Shown here: piece by piece, positions 1 to 10,147 of the stretch
How positions within the stretch are numbered: the first letter of the stretch is position 1
How the letters are laid out: every line of letters begins with the position of its first letter
Virus record (IMG/VR): IMGVR_UViG_3300036791_001436
Coordinates: 11,340-75,339 of that record
DNA length: 64,000 nt
From: a virus
Reading direction: 5' to 3' (one strand)
The notes under the pieces: model-generated
What the model was told of the DNA's origin: nothing
The model's database searches: none
Seen by the model: only the letters and a program-made list of their open reading frames with translations
Program-made: the position numbers and the translations under genes

Positions 1-3000
1 CCGTTGACCTCGCTAGCCAAAGACACCTGCGTAATAGGCGACTTGATGTCGCTGTCATGGGGTGTTGCGAACGGCACTGGCACAGTGCAGCGCTTGCAGA
101 TGTCCCTGCTGGGAAGTGCATTGCACTCTGCCATCTATGGGAGTGCATATCCCAATACCAATCCAGCCTCGTTCCCCGGCAACAACCACTTCTACATGCC
201 CCTTTGGGGCTACATGATGGGAGCTGTCCTTTCGCAGCTGCCCTACGTCAATAATATGATTGGCGCAGCGGGGACATTGCAGAACCTGTCGATCAACCTG
301 CCGATCAACAACATGACCGGCGCCAGCGCCTTCACGATCTACCAGAACGGGGCGGTTGCTAACCTAGGACCGACTATCGGTGTGGGGCTCACTGGGATCT
401 TCACAGACACCCGCCAGCTGCAGGTCAACCAAGGCGATATGGTCTGCACGCACCTGTTCGCTAGCGGTGGATCCTTCCTGCCAACTGGTCTCACTGTAGG
501 GTTCGTCAATCCCAATGCGCCCGCCAACGACCTCAACGTTCACGTCTACGCCGGGCTGGTGGCTGGCACTACTACGTACTACCAGATCTACGGCGACTCG
601 TTCAGTCTCGGCGGAGTCACTGAGGTGGTGGCGCAGACCGCCCACGGCTTCGGCGTTACGATGTCTGGGATGCGGGTTGGTATCGCTACCAACACCACCA
701 CCTCGATCTCGACGGCGGCAATACGCGTCAATGGAGTAACAGGGAACTCTAAGGTCACCATTGGCGTCGGCCTAACCGGCTGGTTCGTTGACAGTGTGAA
801 CCAAGACTTCTGTGGGTATACGGACAAGGTTGCCTATCAGGTAGTGGCGGGCGCAGGTTCAGGATCTCCCATTGTAGTTTCCTTCATTGGCGCCGTAGAG
901 ACTGCCCCTGCCAACCCGCCCAGTAGTGTGCTGATGGGCGCAAGCGGCAGTATTGGCATCGCTGCGACTACCGGCAACTTCTCTGGACTAGCGGGTTCAG
1001 GCTTCGTTGGGAGTGGCGTTACAGAATCGTTCATTGCATACCCAATGCCTGTAGCAGGCGCGTTCAGTGGCCTCTCGGTGCCCCCGAACGCAGGACAGAC
1101 TGGTACCTGGACAGCCCAGTTCCGCAAGAACAGTGCGAATGGTGCCCAGGTGGTGACCAATGCAGCCCTGAGTTCCCTCAATGTGGACCCTGTAGCGGCA
1201 GGCGATAAGGTAGACCTAGCTTGGGGTGCAGGTACATCAGGTTTGATCTGGGCCATTCAGTCAGTCTTCTCAGCGGCGTCTGATCACTGGGCGATCTACG
1301 CCTGCGGCCACCAAGCGGCCGGCGGGAACGTAAACGCTGGAGCTACCATCTACCCCAGGCTCTGCGGATCGCCTGGAGGCCAAACGACCGAAGCAAATGT
1401 GCAGTCTCAGATAGGGGCTCCGGGCACACTCTCAGGGTTAGTAGTCATAATTTCGTTGAACGCTGCGACCGCCTCTTCAACTGCAGGGCTTCGTAAGAAC
1501 GCTGCGAACGGCACACAGACAGTCACGATTGGAGCCGGCCTAACTGGACTCTTCCAAGATGTGACCCATACCGATGCGGTGGTGGTAGGCGACCTGATCA
1601 ATGGGATCACCACTGCAGGTGCTGGCGGTACCATCAGCCTTATGGTAATAGGCGTAGCCTTCAAGAATACGGTCAACTTCCTTAGCGATCTCTTCGTGTC
1701 CGGGGTATCGTATACCGCGGCTGGATATGCTCGTATCTACGGGCAGAGTCTCGGCACCTTCACTGAGGCGCAGGCGCAGGTCTCACATGGCTTCGCGACT
1801 AGGATGTCACGCTACTGGATCAACGTCACTACAAATACCTGCACGGCTCCATCGAACAGCACGGTGCGTATCAACGGTGTGCAGGGGAATCAGGCTGTCA
1901 CTGTTGGTGCAGGCCTGCTAGGCATCTTCACCGACGTGATCAATACCGACGCTGTAGGGCCCAACGATCTTGTCTGCTATGGCACCTTCCCTGGTGTTGG
2001 TGGTTCATTCCAGCCACTTACTATGGGCATCACTGAGAACGGGAATGTTACATACACCCCCAACATAGTGGCAAATGCTACGGCCGCGGTGGTGAGGGGC
2101 GCGAACACCATCTTGCGCTCGCCGGTATTGGCCAATGTGCCCACAGTGCAGAACCTGCGCCCCTTCAGGATTGTTCAGCAGCCGTTGATACCTACGCTTG
2201 CTCAGGCAGTGTCTCTGTACTTCCACGGCAGGCAGGTCTTCCATAACCGCATCATCGACACCCCTGGGATCGGCATCATATACAAGAATGCCCTGAGGCC
2301 GATCAAGCCATTCGTTGCAGTGCAGTCGCCCTTGTCAAGGGGCACTGTGCGCATCCTCCTGACTCTCAGCGGTGCAGTGAGCGAGTACTCTTCTACGGTG
2401 ATTCGCGCCGCTGCCAATTACAGGGCGAATACCTTCCCGATAATGACTCAGAGGCTCGCCGCGACTATCATTCGGCACAATAACGAGCAGGTAGTTGCCC
2501 TGCTCAGGGAGAGCCTTGGACGTACCTTCCCGACGGTGATAGCCAATGTAGTGGCGCCGTATGCGAATACGTTCGGTCGCGCGATGAAGACCGTGTCTAC
2601 GGTAGTCGCCCTCTTCAACCGAGGGAGCCCACGGCTGTATCTGGTTGAGAGCACTCACGTAGTGGATCTGATCAACAAGGCAGCCGCTCGCCCAAGGATT
2701 ATCAACGCTCAGACTATCCAGTGGGTTGCCTTTGCGCCTGCACGTGCATACCTGGCGCTGGTGGCGATAGTGTCGTTGCGCCCGAACAGAGTAGGTCGCG
2801 CTGCGCCTGCTGTCGTGAACACGCTCAATATCCACACCAAGGAGGCAGTCCGACTGATCCTCACCCAGGTGACGCAGATTGTATCATTGCGGAACGATGC
2901 GCTGCACCAAGCGGAGTATGTTGACGCCGCTACTACGCAACGGTTGCGCAACCGAGTTGCTCGTGCCGCTCCTGTAGTCGCGACGGTAGTGTCGTCGATC

Positions 3001-4110
3001 GTGGACTCGATAGTTCAGCTTGCAACAACTACTATCGCAACGGCAGTGAGCCTGTTGAGGAGGCGGGTACCTAACTTCCCGTTGGCTGAATCTGAACACG
3101 TAATGTCCTTCGACACGTACACGGTGAAGCGCCACGAGGCCACCAATGTGGTTACAGTGCAGTCGATCAGCTTCACCTTCGGTCGAGGGATGCTGGCAGT
3201 TACAGCAGTAGTGTCTCTGTTGGTGAAGGCGGTGCGGAACGCCGTGAAGCCGCTCGCCAACGTCGTAGTCTTGTTCCAACACACAATCCCCACCTATCTC
3301 CTCGCGGCGAGCGAACATGTCGTGAGCATCGAGCATGATACGGTGAAAAGGCGTGAAGCTACCAGCGTAGAGACCGAGCAGCTGTTCTCCCAACTGAAGG
3401 GACACACCTCCATTGGCGTGACACAGGGTGTGCCATCCTCCAGCAACAATGTAGGGAAGCCTTTGGCGGCAGTGGTAGTTTTCACTACTGAGTCGTTCCG
3501 TAAGGGTGCTACACATATCGTGCTCGCGGTGGCCAACACTATGGAACGAGTGGCATTCTCCATTGCGCACCTTGAAGATCCTAACGCTGCCGTAGTCGCC
3601 ATCGAGCGTGTAGCAGTGGTAGAGCGCCCCATCGATGTGGTGGCTACCGTCGTCTCCGCTGATGTGAAGGCAATAGCCAAGCCTCTGGAAGCAATTGAGG
3701 TCCCGGTATCGCTGTTCACCAGGGTGACTCAGGTCCTGAGCTTCATCGCCGTCGCACCTGTAGTGACACTGCTAGGACGTGTAATCAACATCCGCAGAGT
3801 CATTATGGCTCCCGTCATAGCGTGGGTGCAGCTGGTTCGTCCCATGAGCGCTGTGGCTTTGGCAACCGTGTCGTCGCTGCTCGTGAGAGCTGTGACTCAA
3901 CCTCGTACGGCTGTAATCACGGTCTCCTCAAAGCTGTTCATCCCGCTGTTGCGCTTCTTCCTAGCCGCTGCCAATGTTGTCGCCCATGGCGCCAACAATG
4001 CAGGCAAAGTGGCGCACGTCAACGCTATCGTCGTGCCAATGACCAAATACGTTGGTGGAAGGGTTAGAAGGCTCTTCCAATTCATGCGAGGGATATCACC
4101 TAGGAGCTAG
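1..4110 (+). CDS. Giant virion-associated repeat protein (5' truncated); at least 5 tandem ~130-aa beta-sandwich (C1q/BclA-CTD-like) modules plus Val/Ala/Arg-rich C-terminal half; possible head fibre
   Basis: Frame is open from base 1. Recurrent motif TIG(V/A)GLTG(I/W/L)F.D followed by V..GD. Lies directly upstream of the head genes. Confidence 0.6.
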   Translation, partial: PLTSLAKDTCVIGDLMSLSWGVANGTGTVQRLQMSLLGSALHSAIYGSAYPNTNPASFPGNNHFYMPLWGYMMGAVLSQLPYVNNMIGAAGTLQNLSINLPINNMTGASAFTIYQNGAVANLGPTIGVGLTGIFTDTRQLQVNQGDMVCTHLFASGGSFLPTGLTVGFVNPNAPANDLNVHVYAGLVAGTTTYYQIYGDSFSLGGVTEVVAQTAHGFGVTMSGMRVGIATNTTTSISTAAIRVNGVTGNSKVTIGVGLTGWFVDSVNQDFCGYTDKVAYQVVAGAGSGSPIVVSFIGAVETAPANPPSSVLMGASGSIGIAATTGNFSGLAGSGFVGSGVTESFIAYPMPVAGAFSGLSVPPNAGQTGTWTAQFRKNSANGAQVVTNAALSSLNVDPVAAGDKVDLAWGAGTSGLIWAIQSVFSAASDHWAIYACGHQAAGGNVNAGATIYPRLCGSPGGQTTEANVQSQIGAPGTLSGLVVIISLNAATASSTAGLRKNAANGTQTVTIGAGLTGLFQDVTHTDAVVVGDLINGITTAGAGGTISLMVIGVAFKNTVNFLSDLFVSGVSYTAAGYARIYGQSLGTFTEAQAQVSHGFATRMSRYWINVTTNTCTAPSNSTVRINGVQGNQAVTVGAGLLGIFTDVINTDAVGPNDLVCYGTFPGVGGSFQPLTMGITENGNVTYTPNIVANATAAVVRGANTILRSPVLANVPTVQNLRPFRIVQQPLIPTLAQAVSLYFHGRQVFHNRIIDTPGIGIIYKNALRPIKPFVAVQSPLSRGTVRILLTLSGAVSEYSSTVIRAAANYRANTFPIMTQRLAATIIRHNNEQVVALLRESLGRTFPTVIANVVAPYANTFGRAMKTVSTVVALFNRGSPRLYLVESTHVVDLINKAAARPRIINAQTIQWVAFAPARAYLALVAIVSLRPNRVGRAAPAVVNTLNIHTKEAVRLILTQVTQIVSLRNDALHQAEYVDAATTQRLRNRVARAAPVVATVVSSIVDSIVQLATTTIATAVSLLRRRVPNFPLAESEHVMSFDTYTVKRHEATNVVTVQSISFTFGRGMLAVTAVVSLLVKAVRNAVKPLANVVVLFQHTIPTYLLAASEHVVSIEHDTVKRREATSVETEQLFSQLKGHTSIGVTQGVPSSSNNVGKPLAAVVVFTTESFRKGATHIVLAVANTMERVAFSIAHLEDPNAAVVAIERVAVVERPIDVVATVVSADVKAIAKPLEAIEVPVSLFTRVTQVLSFIAVAPVVTLLGRVINIRRVIMAPVIAWVQLVRPMSAVALATVSSLLVRAVTQPRTAVITVSSKLFIPLLRFFLAAANVVAHGANNAGKVAHVNAIVVPMTKYVGGRVRRLFQFMRGISPRS

Positions 4111-4112
4111 TC

Positions 4113-4277
4113 ATGGTTGACATCATCTTTGCCGTCCTCGTCGTGGTCGGCTTCATCTTCTGGTTCTTCGCCACCTTCCCGAACGCGCCCAATTGGTCGG
4201 AGCGTGTTGCCAGGGGCTTCTTCCTGGCTGCCTCGGTCGTCTTCGCCTACATGCTGCTCACTACTCACACTCCGTAG
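4113..4277 (+). CDS. 54-aa two-TM membrane protein (holin-like), not in ORF track
   Basis: AGGAG at 4102-4106, ATG 4113, TAG 4275-4277. MVDIIFAVLVVVGFIFWFFATFPNAPNWSERVARGFFLAASVVFAYMLLTTHTP. Confidence 0.6.
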   Translation: MVDIIFAVLVVVGFIFWFFATFPNAPNWSERVARGFFLAASVVFAYMLLTTHTP

Positions 4278-4314
4278 GGGACCCAAAAACTTTGGTGGAC
4301 CAACGTTTCTGGTA

Positions 4315-4343
4315 TTGATTGTGCCACCAACGTGCTATATAAT
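4315..4343 (+). promoter_or_regulatory. sigma70-like promoter for head/tail operon
   Basis: TTGATT-N17-TATAAT with GCTA before the -10 and an upstream A/T tract. Confidence 0.75.
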
Positions 4344-4369
4344 GATTAGATGATCCGCCGAGGAAGCTG

Positions 4370-6421
4370 ATGCAAACTCAACTCCGGGAGATCGCGGTCC
4401 AGATCGGTGGCCAGGGCTCTGGCATGGAGCTCCGCACCGAAAGCTTCGACGGCACTGAATATCTGGTCGCTCCCCTGGTGATGCTGGTCGAAGGGGTCAT
4501 CCAAGGCGCGAATAGCTCGCAGCCGGAGTTCTGCCCTGCTCTGGAGCTGGACAAGGCTCCACAGGGCTGGAATGGTCGCCCTCTGGTGATGAACCACCCG
4601 CAGTTGAACGGGGAGTTTGTTAGTGCCAACATCCCCGAGGTGTTGGAAGAGTGGGCGTTCGGCCACATCTTCAACGCGTCCGTCTCCGCAGGGAAACTCA
4701 AGGGCGAGGCGTGGATCGATACTGGGCGCGCCTCCGAGCGGGGCGGTGACTTCCAGAATGCCGTCGATCGGATCAACTCCGGTGAGCTCGTCGAGGTATC
4801 GACTGGGCTCTTCACCCAGGTGATTCCCAGTAAGGGGAGGTACAACAACTCCCGCTATTCAGGTGTTTGGTCTGGTATCGTGCCCGACCACCTTGCCATC
4901 CTGTCCAAGGGTGTCACAGGTGCGTGCTCGATAGAGGACGGTTGTGGCATACCTCGCCTCAACCAGATCGCAGCGTGGCATCAGAAAGCCCCTGGACCAG
5001 TTAACACCTCCGCCCTTCGAGTTCATGCTCAGCCCGTCGATCAAGCCGCCGCGATCAAGGACAATTGCTCCTGCGAGGGCAATGGTGCCCAGCCTATCGC
5101 CGTTGGCACGACAGGCATCGCAGCCACTGCGGCAGCGGTTGCTGCTGCGGTTGCACGTGTCCTTTCTCCAGGCGTCATTGGTGGGCCGGCGTGGGATCCA
5201 GCACCGATCAACGGTGGCAAGGTTGGGGGCGGAGACGGTCCCACCCGCACCACTGAAATGGCCGGTGCTGGAATCTCCCCAACATCGGTACCACCCCCGG
5301 GCACTGGGACTGGTGCGACGATACCGACCTCCGTAGATGACGATGCGGATGCGAGCGAAGACTATGAGATGGTCTACGGCGATGACGCCGAGGCGACCGC
5401 TCTACGCCCTCCTCGTCCCGCCGACACCTCCTTCACGTCGATGTCCAAGCGTGCGCTCGTCGCCTACGGCAAGCGTATGCGCGATCAGTTGGAGGCGGCC
5501 AAAGGCACGCCGACCCAGCTCAGGGGCAACGCCCTCGACTCCACCATCGTCTTCTCGGACGTCGCGCAGATCCTTGCTGCGGCGATCGACGACAACTACG
5601 ACACGATTACCGGCTACATGTACGTTGCGGCTGTGACTACAGATGTGGTCGTGGTCTGCGCGTATGATGACAATTGGAACCCGGTCTGCTACCAGATCGG
5701 CTATTCCATGGACTCCAACGGCAACGTGACGTTCACCGGCGAGCCCGAGCCAGTCATCATGCTGACGAGGATCGTCGCCCAACCTGACTCGGGTGTCACT
5801 GCGAACCAAGGAAGTACTACCATGACCGACAAGAACACCCCCGCCGCGCCGGCTGTGGCTTCTGCTCCTGCCGCGACTCCGACTGCAGTCCCCGCCACAC
5901 CGCCGGAGCCCACGGTTGCAGTGGCGCCCACAGTGCTGTCGGTCGACGAGTACATTGCTGCCGCGCCTCCGGGCATTCGGGAGATGATGTCCTCCTCGAT
6001 GCGTCTCTTCCAACAGCGGAAGGATACCCTGATCGCCGCGATCAAGGCCAACGGCCGCAACAAGTTCTCCGACGAACGCCTCGCTGCGTTCTCCGTCGAG
6101 GACTTGGAGGTGCTCGCCGACCTCGCCTTCGATCCGCCGCCGATCAATCCGCGGCCCCTCACCGAGGGTCGTGGAGGGAACGGCAATCCTCCGAATCCGT
6201 CCGCCGCTCCCGCAGCCAACGCTGCCCCGCCCAACTACTCAGGGCGAGCGGCACCCACCGCCGATGGCCCAGTGGTGATGGAAGATCAGGGAGGGGCGCC
6301 GCCTCCGCCCAAGGTCTTCGAAGGACGTCCTGCCTCCCGCTTCCAAAAGGGAGCAGGACTGAGCGCAGGCGCTGGTCGCCGTCCGATCAATCCGGACGAT
6401 GCCACCGCCTCAATGAACTGA
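4370..6421 (+). CDS. DUF2213-family prohead protease fused to scaffold region
   Basis: Motifs P.VMNHP, EVSTG, PDHLAIL..G..GACS..DGCG. Ala/Pro-rich C-terminus. Precedes decoration and capsid genes. Confidence 0.8.
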   Translation: MQTQLREIAVQIGGQGSGMELRTESFDGTEYLVAPLVMLVEGVIQGANSSQPEFCPALELDKAPQGWNGRPLVMNHPQLNGEFVSANIPEVLEEWAFGHIFNASVSAGKLKGEAWIDTGRASERGGDFQNAVDRINSGELVEVSTGLFTQVIPSKGRYNNSRYSGVWSGIVPDHLAILSKGVTGACSIEDGCGIPRLNQIAAWHQKAPGPVNTSALRVHAQPVDQAAAIKDNCSCEGNGAQPIAVGTTGIAATAAAVAAAVARVLSPGVIGGPAWDPAPINGGKVGGGDGPTRTTEMAGAGISPTSVPPPGTGTGATIPTSVDDDADASEDYEMVYGDDAEATALRPPRPADTSFTSMSKRALVAYGKRMRDQLEAAKGTPTQLRGNALDSTIVFSDVAQILAAAIDDNYDTITGYMYVAAVTTDVVVVCAYDDNWNPVCYQIGYSMDSNGNVTFTGEPEPVIMLTRIVAQPDSGVTANQGSTTMTDKNTPAAPAVASAPAATPTAVPATPPEPTVAVAPTVLSVDEYIAAAPPGIREMMSSSMRLFQQRKDTLIAAIKANGRNKFSDERLAAFSVEDLEVLADLAFDPPPINPRPLTEGRGGNGNPPNPSAAPAANAAPPNYSGRAAPTADGPVVMEDQGGAPPPPKVFEGRPASRFQKGAGLSAGAGRRPINPDDATASMN

Positions 6422-6484
6422 TCCCGCGTGCGGGATTGCCCCTAGCGTAGTCCTTAGGTTTAGGGCTGCGAAGGAGATACAGAC

Positions 6485-6958
6485 ATGCTACGCACCGTTC
6501 CTATTGGCCTTCGCTCTGCCCAGATCAAGGAAGCGAACGTCCTGGACGCCGGCGGCATTTTGCCAGGCCACCTGATCGCATACGATGCCTTGGGCAACGT
6601 CACTCGCACAACTGTCGCAGGTACCGTGGCGACACGGGTCGCGATCGAGAACAACATCTTCGGCGGTGGCGGCGGCTGGACCTCTTCGCAGGTTCACGCG
6701 CCTCAGCAGGTGATCCCCGCCAATCCCTACTTGTCAGGGGACCAGTGCATCTTCGCCATGCTCGACATCGGCGCCGAGTTCCTCGCCCTGGTGGCGACGG
6801 GAGCTCCTGCGATCGCCGTGAACGATCCGCTCGAGTCCGCCGGCGATGGCACCGTCCGCAAGCAGCTGGTTGCAGGCCCCTATTCGCTCAGGGCGATGCA
6901 GGCTCTCACCAACACCTCAGGGGTTCCGCAGCAGCTGCGCGTCGAGGTGATCATCTAG
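6485..6958 (+). CDS. Head decoration/cement protein
   Basis: 157 aa between protease and MCP, with I.PG.L and LES.GDG motifs; AAGGAG RBS. Confidence 0.65.
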   Translation: MLRTVPIGLRSAQIKEANVLDAGGILPGHLIAYDALGNVTRTTVAGTVATRVAIENNIFGGGGGWTSSQVHAPQQVIPANPYLSGDQCIFAMLDIGAEFLALVATGAPAIAVNDPLESAGDGTVRKQLVAGPYSLRAMQALTNTSGVPQQLRVEVII

Positions 6959-7007
6959 GCCGCGCCGTCGTCACTTACTCGCACGCGGCACAACGAGGAG
7001 GCACTAC

Positions 7008-8036
7008 ATGTATGGGATCAACGGACTAGCTGCCTCCGCCGGAGTCAGTGTCGATATCGCCAGGATGAGGACCGATGGCTCTGTCGGTGCCTCTGGTTCG
7101 GTCGCGCAGCGCCTCCTCCAATCTGGGATGAACGTCCAGGCGCTGCGCACGAACGGCACCCTCAGGTACGACGAGTGGAAGTTGTACGACAAGGTAGTCG
7201 TCGACGTCGCTCAGGAACGTCTGGTGGTTACCCAGGAACTGCTGTCAAGGGGATTGTCCTACCCAATCCCCAACGCCCTAGGCGTCATGCAGATCCAATG
7301 GGAGACCATCAACGACCTCGAGCCGGCCGAGATGACGATGTCAGGGCTGAGCGAGGCGTCGAAGGACGAGATCAACTACGCCCTGAACTTCATGCCCGTC
7401 CCGATCATCCACAAGGAGTTCCAGCTGAACCTGCGTCAACTGGAAGCTGCTCGGAACCACGGCAACCCGCTCGACACGACCCAGGCAGAACTCGCCACCC
7501 GCAAGGTCGCGCAGTTCATCGAGGCGCTCATCTTCACCGGCGCCACGGTCTCGACGAACAACGGCAACATCTACGGCTTGATGAACCACCCCAACCGCAA
7601 CGTGGGTTCCGCGTCGGCGCCTTGGGGCGTGTACACCGCGACCCTCGGTGGTACGGTCACCGCCGACATTTCCGCGATGGAAGCCGCGCTCGTCGCGAAG
7701 CACATGTTCGGGCCGTACTTGCTCTTCATCCCCTACGCGACCTACATCGCCTGGGGACAAGACTACAAGACCTACGCCGACACGACGATCCTCCAGCGCG
7801 TCCTCGAGATGCCTGGGATCGAAGGTGTCATCCCGACGCAGAAGTTCACCGGCAACGGCGGACTCATGGTGCAGACCACCTCGGACGTCATCCAGATGGT
7901 CGACGGCATGCAGCCCACCCTCGTCGAGTGGGATACGCGCGGCGGCTTCGAACTGAACTACCGGGTCATGGCGATCATGCTGCCCCGGGTCCGCGCAGAC
8001 CAATATCTGCAGTCGGGCATCGCTCACTGGTCGTAA
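7008..8036 (+). CDS. Major capsid protein (HK97 fold, Linocin M18/encapsulin-like type)
   Basis: RTNGTLRYDEWK.YD..VV.VAQERL, PVPIIHKEF, IYGLMNHP. Strongly C/G-ending codons; position. Confidence 0.85.
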   Translation: MYGINGLAASAGVSVDIARMRTDGSVGASGSVAQRLLQSGMNVQALRTNGTLRYDEWKLYDKVVVDVAQERLVVTQELLSRGLSYPIPNALGVMQIQWETINDLEPAEMTMSGLSEASKDEINYALNFMPVPIIHKEFQLNLRQLEAARNHGNPLDTTQAELATRKVAQFIEALIFTGATVSTNNGNIYGLMNHPNRNVGSASAPWGVYTATLGGTVTADISAMEAALVAKHMFGPYLLFIPYATYIAWGQDYKTYADTTILQRVLEMPGIEGVIPTQKFTGNGGLMVQTTSDVIQMVDGMQPTLVEWDTRGGFELNYRVMAIMLPRVRADQYLQSGIAHWS

Positions 8037-8142
8037 CGTTCGCCTACCGCTCGGCGCGCTACGATAGCATGATCAGGGCCACCTAGCGAGCGGAGGGCAG
8101 CTGGGTGGCTCAGAGTTTAGATAGCCCTCCTGGAGGCCAGAG

Positions 8143-8752
8143 GATGGCTGACGAACAATCTTCGACGAAGCCTGTGGCTCCCCCGAGGACGCCTCCTACC
8201 GATCCGTCGACTGGAGGCCCAGGCAACCCGGCTGTCGCAGTTCCGCAGAACCTGCAGAACCCGTCAGGCACCGCAGTGGCGCTGAATGAGCCCATCGACA
8301 ATACCGTGGCGATGGAAGGCCGCAAGGCCTACATCGTGCGCGAGGGCAAGGAATTCAGTGCGATCGGTCCGATGGGTCGTCGAGACTTCCAGGCTGGCGA
8401 GACGATCCAGCTGCCTCCAGAGACGGCTCAGAACTTCAGCTCGCACCTCTACGATGCAGAGCCGGACGAAAGAACGCCGGTCGACATGATGCCTCCGCCT
8501 CCTCCGCCCAAGGGATCGGAGGAGATGTCGCCGGCTGAACGGCAGGCAGCGCTGGCACGCGCCGGTCAACAGGTTCCGCAGCAGACGGCGCCTGGACAGC
8601 CCGTGCAGACAGCTCCTCAGGCGCCTGCTCAGCCTCAGATCCCTTCAGAGAGCCCGAACCCGCCGAAGCCTCCGATGCCTCCTCCTTCGGAGTCGCCGGC
8701 CGAGAAGCAAGCTGAGGCAGCCGCTCCCAAGCCAGCTCCACCCAAGACGTAA
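8143..8752 (+). CDS. Pro/Gln-rich protein downstream of MCP
   Basis: ORF with GAGG RBS before MADEQ; position. Confidence 0.55.
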
Positions 8753-8793
8753 CACTAGGCGGCGTGCAACTATCGGTGTGACGGTGACTACGG

Positions 8794-9210
8794 ATGACAG
8801 CTAGAGCGACAGATGCGGACGTCCGAACGCTGGTTGATATGCCAGCGAAGGACCCCACTACGCTCTTCCTGTCTATGGCCAACTTGCTTGTCGAGGAAGA
8901 GCTAGTCCCCGCCGCACCGACTCTTTCGCCAGCTCGCCTGACCGCCATCGAGCAATTGCTGGCGGCGCACTTCTGTGTGCTCGCTCAGGAGCGTGGAGGG
9001 CTTACCTCATCGGCCCTGAACAACACGAAGGACACCTACTACACCATCAAGGGCACTGCATTCGGGCTCGCCTCGACAAGGTTTGGAGCCCAGGCGATGC
9101 AGTTGGACGATACAGGCACTCTGGCGGCCCTACAGCAGAAGTCCGGCGGGACTGCCTTGTTTAGGGTTGCTGGCTATCCCTACGATTACGATTCGCCGGT
9201 GCTGCCATGA
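8794..9210 (+). CDS. Head-tail connector/adaptor
   Basis: IE..LAAHF and L.ST.FG.QA..LD.TG.L motifs; synteny. Confidence 0.7.
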   Translation: MTARATDADVRTLVDMPAKDPTTLFLSMANLLVEEELVPAAPTLSPARLTAIEQLLAAHFCVLAQERGGLTSSALNNTKDTYYTIKGTAFGLASTRFGAQAMQLDDTGTLAALQQKSGGTALFRVAGYPYDYDSPVLP

Positions 9211-9566
9211 CGGGTCCCTGCACGCGCATCCTCAACTCCATAGCCACCTACTGGGCGCCGCTCGGGCAGACCGACGACTTCGGCCAGCCGCTCTTGGACG
9301 CCCCGCAACTGGTGAACTCCAGGTGGCTGGACGAGGAGCAGTTCGTGCGCTCGCCGCAGGGTGACGATGTCAACTGCCATACCGTCGTCTATATCGATAT
9401 CGACGTGGATCTGGAAGGGTACCTAGCAGAGGGTGACTACTCCTATCTGGCAGACCCTCGCAACCTCGGGCAGGATGGGCCTCAGTGGATGGGGCAGATC
9501 AAGCTGTTCAGCTCCACCCCAGACTTGCGGAACCTTGAGCGGGAGAGGAGGGCTCACCTGACATGA
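9207..9566 (+). CDS. Head closure (stopper) protein
   Basis: YW.P...DDFG.P motif; synteny; ATGA overlap. Confidence 0.65.
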   Translation: MTGPCTRILNSIATYWAPLGQTDDFGQPLLDAPQLVNSRWLDEEQFVRSPQGDDVNCHTVVYIDIDVDLEGYLAEGDYSYLADPRNLGQDGPQWMGQIKLFSSTPDLRNLERERRAHLT

Positions 9567-10147
9567 GCCTCGCTCCCCGCCGTAGCGCCTATGAGATCCA
9601 TAGCATCTCCCTTCAGAAAGAGCTCAAGGCCTCCGCTCGCGCTCAAGGGCGTGCGGTCTCTCGTGGTGGCCGAGGTCATGAAGGCGGTGCTGGTGGTGGT
9701 GTACATATCCCGTCTGGGACGATCCACCCAATCAAGATGAGCGTAGGCTCGGGCCACTACACTGGCGACCTGGGAGAACAGCTGAACCAGCTGGAGAAGG
9801 ACTTCACCTGGTACTGCAACCAGTTCGAAGAAGGGTCGATGGAGGTACTGCTGGCAGCGTTGGCACCCACGATAGAACTGGCGTCGTACTACTGCCCCAA
9901 GAAGACTGGCGCTCTGGCAGAGAGCGCATATCTAGAGGCAGAGACGTTCCGTAACGGCCAGCGCGTAGAGATGGGGTTCGCGAAGGGCGGCCATCCTGAC
10001 TATGCGATCCCTGTGCATGAGGATGTGGAAGCGACACACGAGCCGCCTACCAAGGCCAAGTTCATGCAGGATGCCATTGACGAGGACTGGGGTAACGTCA
10101 CTACCAGGATCGCTCAGGGATATCAGCTCATGTCGGGGTTGAAGTGA
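9563..10147 (+). CDS. HK97 gp10-like neck/tail completion protein
   Basis: P..TGAL..S, YA.PVHE and AKF motifs. Confidence 0.7.
   Translation: MSLAPRRSAYEIHSISLQKELKASARAQGRAVSRGGRGHEGGAGGGVHIPSGTIHPIKMSVGSGHYTGDLGEQLNQLEKDFTWYCNQFEEGSMEVLLAALAPTIELASYYCPKKTGALAESAYLEAETFRNGQRVEMGFAKGGHPDYAIPVHEDVEATHEPPTKAKFMQDAIDEDWGNVTTRIAQGYQLMSGLK

Noticed and set aside
7008-8036. Encapsulin nanocompartment
   Set aside because: Sits in a complete head-tail operon, so it is the phage capsid
7175-8086. Long alternative-frame and antisense ORFs (e.g. 7175-8086, 33239-33994, 56184-56939)
   Set aside because: Shadow ORFs produced by GC-rich codon bias of real genes; Arg/Pro-rich and without RBS
8040-8135. 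tRNA-like TGGCTCAG stretch after the capsid gene
   Set aside because: No T-loop GTTCRA or cloverleaf; only simple hairpins
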